64,000 bases of DNA from Klebsormidium nitens (Eukaryota; Plantae; Klebsormidiophyceae): positions 1 to 64,000 of the forward strand of contig DF237309.1 in NCBI GenBank assembly GCA_000708835.1, given 5' to 3'. Below the pieces are notes generated by a model. It worked only from the letters and a program-made list of their open reading frames with translations. It was not told the origin of the DNA and did no database searches. Within the stretch, counting starts at the first letter, position 1, and every line of letters starts with the position of its first letter. The translations under genes and the position numbers were made by a program. Of this stretch, positions 61,166-64,000 are shown one piece after another.

Positions 61166-64000
61166 ATGACGCAACGGGGCGAGTCTGGCGTCAGCAGGGA
61201 GCAGCTCAAGGAAGTGGACGACGTGGCGCAGGTCCTCTCAGAAGTCTTTGACGTCACCCCGGAGTATGTGCGTGGCGCGTTCACGTGCGTGTGGCAGGTG
61301 GGCACTTTCGTGGTGTTCTGAAAAACGGTGCAAGCACCCACTGTGAATATGCCAGGCAATCCGAAGGCAGCTGCTGACGTCAGGGGTAGGCTGCTGCCTG
61401 AGAAGCAAAACTTGGGCTGCTGACGTGTTGTTGCGGATGAAAAGCAGATTTTACGCTACGTTTCTCCTCCGGGTCAAACTTGCAATCTGGGATCCGCTCC
61501 TTGAAAACAATCTGCTTGAGAAAAAGTCTTGTCTGGTATCTTGCATCACGTCCATGTCTTAAAGCTCGATATATGATCCAACTTTCTGATCCAAAGTGGA
61601 CCGAAAAATGGAGTCGGAACGTTGCAGCCATTTTCTCAAGCTAGACTAGAGTCCAAACACTGTCTGCTTTCGACATCGCAGAACTATGGATTCCAGCAGG
61701 AGGCGTGGGCTGCCATCAAGGAGGATGACTGGGCTGACATCACAACGTACATTGTAGATGACCTCAGAGCAGCGAACCCAAATGATGACGTGAGCATATC
61801 GGCAGTCCCCGGGGCTGCGGTTGACCACCCACAAGAAGATTCATATTGTGAGTTGTCTGCGCCGTTGTCGAAGTAGCTTGTATTCAGTTTTCCTTTCATT
61901 CTGAATAAAGTGGATGCAAAGTAGCTCGCGTTTCAAACGTTTTGATGAAGCCAGAGACATAACAAGGAGTCTTCAATCAAGCGCACTGAGTCGAAACACG
62001 AAGGATGCCTTCTGGATCGCTACAGGGCGTGATTTTGATACGATTTTACCAGATAAGCATTTTCAGGTTTGCATATTCGTAGTTGTGCTTCCGAAATAGG
62101 ATCTACAGAAAAGCGCGAGGCAAAGTACGAATCGGCGACAAACATGCGGGATTCTTTACTGACAATTTCACGCGACTGTTCTCCCTCTTAACTGAGTCTC
62201 TTGATGACTCGAAGGTCCTCATGGGCGCAGAATGATGTGCCGCTTCATCCAAAAAGCACTCGAGTAACTCGCGGGAAACGTTTCGAGTGCTGAATCAGAT
62301 TTATGACCCACCAACGGTCACCTTAATATGCTTCGCGCAAAGGTACTTTTAGCTAGACACTTATCTGACCGTAGTTGTTGTCACCTTGCAGGGTTCCTTC
62401 CAAGATCAGAGCAGGGCGACGGAGGAAGTGCCGCTTCAGATCCCCGAGCAAAGACCAGCAATATACCTAGTCAACTCTCCGACGGAGAAGCGCACTCAGA
62501 AGACTACGCCCAATGCTTAAGCGGCATTCCCGCGGTGTCGAAAGCGAGGGATCCCCCTCCCGGTGGGGGAACTGAGGATCTGACAACTGGTGGACGCGGC
62601 TCGAGAAATGTGGCACAAATCTGCGCCCAGAAGCAAGCGATGGGCGAACAAGAAAATCCATTCGAGCAGTCGCTTTCCCCTCTTGAGCGCAGCAAAGCCA
62701 CACTTCGTTTCAGAACTCCCCGCCGTAGGAGCCCAGACCGTGCACTGGAAGCGAGGACAACTCCGGAATGCAACTTCCGACTTTCGGAATCAGCCGTCCC
62801 CACTTTGCCCAGGCCTTGATGAGAACGGTAAAAATCCAGTTGCACAAAGTGGGCCGCAGCATCGGGAGGGGCTAACTTTAGCGGCCTTGGCGATCCAACC
62901 GGTACGAGGAAACCGTGAAGAGCGGGTGGTTTCTCCCGACATCTCGAGGGGGAGGGAGCGCGTGCCAATCTCGTGCGTCAATGCCTACACGGAGGACAAC
63001 CTGCCCAAAGGCTTCCGCTACATGACAGGCTCCGTTCCGTTCGACGTGAGTAACAGAACAGGTTCGGAGCGGCTTTCATAGGTAACCCTCTAGTTGAACT
63101 GAAAGCTAAGGTCTCAGGGCAGCTATTATTCATGAAAGTCCTCGGTTTTCCCCCTTCAACGACCAGCATTTTGGCAATTCAATCGGAATGTCGGTTACTT
63201 TTTCATCACTTCTGAGCCAAACACGATCCTCTATGTCCCACTCCAAGGCTTGGAAAACTACCAAATCATATCTCGTAGAGATCTCTTTGTATCAACTGAA
63301 TCCTCCAGATATCATTGTGATGCCGGGCGCCAAATTCATTCCCCTCGATTCCGCATACATTTGTCTCGAACTCAGGCCAGCGCATTTCAACTTTCAAGGA
63401 AAGGAATAAAGAGCGCCTGGAGGCCTCATTTTCGTTTCGCTTTGTCTTTTGTGGCCAAAAGTAGCCGGGAATTTTGCCCAGGCCGTATGAAACCCCTGAA
63501 CTTGGCCTCGTTTGCTTTTGCAGAGAGCCCGGAAGTACGCCCCAGGATGCCTCTCCCGCCTGGTCGATCAGGACCAGTGCCGCTGCAAGGGTGACTGCGT
63601 GGGTCGGAAGTTCGAGTGCTGGTGCACAAACATCACCCGGGGATCCTACGCGTACAACCGGGAGGGGCAACTGAGCCAGCAGTTTCTGCGTCAAGAGGTA
63701 GGCCCTCTACGCTCTGTTGCTCTATTTACCGTTTGTGCCCAAGCATTGCAACATTCTCTTGCCGCCAACAGGACTTGCGATCCGTACCAAGGAATTGTGA
63801 CCTTAAATTTCGTGGTTTTATTACGACTGGTTCTGGCTGCTTCGACTGGTTCTGTTCTATTGTCCGCGACTGTGTTGAACACGTGACAACTTTTGCGAAG
63901 ACAGTTCATGCTGAAGAAGACTCTGCGGATGCATGATGGAGTCTAGGAGGGTGGAAAAAAAGAAACTGAAAAGACCACGCATTGACGGCCATGAAGAAAG
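61166..64000 (+). CDS. SUVR1/2/4-type histone-lysine methyltransferase (WIYLD-like N-terminus, pre-SET); 3' part outside window
   Basis: N-terminal helical segment ending AWAAIKEDDWADITTYIVDD (WIYLD-like). ERVPISCVNAYTEDNLPKGFRYM and CLSRLVDQDQCRCKGDC...CWCTNITRGSYAYNREGQLSQQFL resemble the SUVR4-type pre-SET. SET domain not in the window. Confidence 0.78.

Overview
Left end of a eukaryotic chromosome: (AAAACCCT)n telomere (TTTTAGGG type) at 1-152, followed by a compact, intron-rich, GC-rich gene region. The telomere type plus streptophyte-type gene families suggest a Klebsormidium-like charophyte alga (inference). Ten spliced protein genes can be read: ABCF1 (-), RPL13A (+), an SLC19/reduced-folate-carrier-like transporter with a malectin domain inserted in its first loop (-), RPL23A (-), a MYND-finger protein with a triplicated WW-WW module (+), a sphingomyelin-synthase/PAP2_C-family protein (-), a multi-BRCT + PHD protein (+), an MS1/MMD1-family PHD protein (-), organellar leucyl-tRNA synthetase (+), and a WIYLD/pre-SET SUVR-type methyltransferase (+, cut by the window end). 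The gaps downstream of genes are AT-richer islands carrying long perfect palindromes. One gap holds an ~870-bp TIR-flanked non-autonomous element containing a decayed filamin-repeat fragment. The most novel item is the malectin-SLC19 fusion. Exon boundaries were read by eye from GT/AG signals and reading-frame continuity, and family assignments are from recalled motifs, not database searches.
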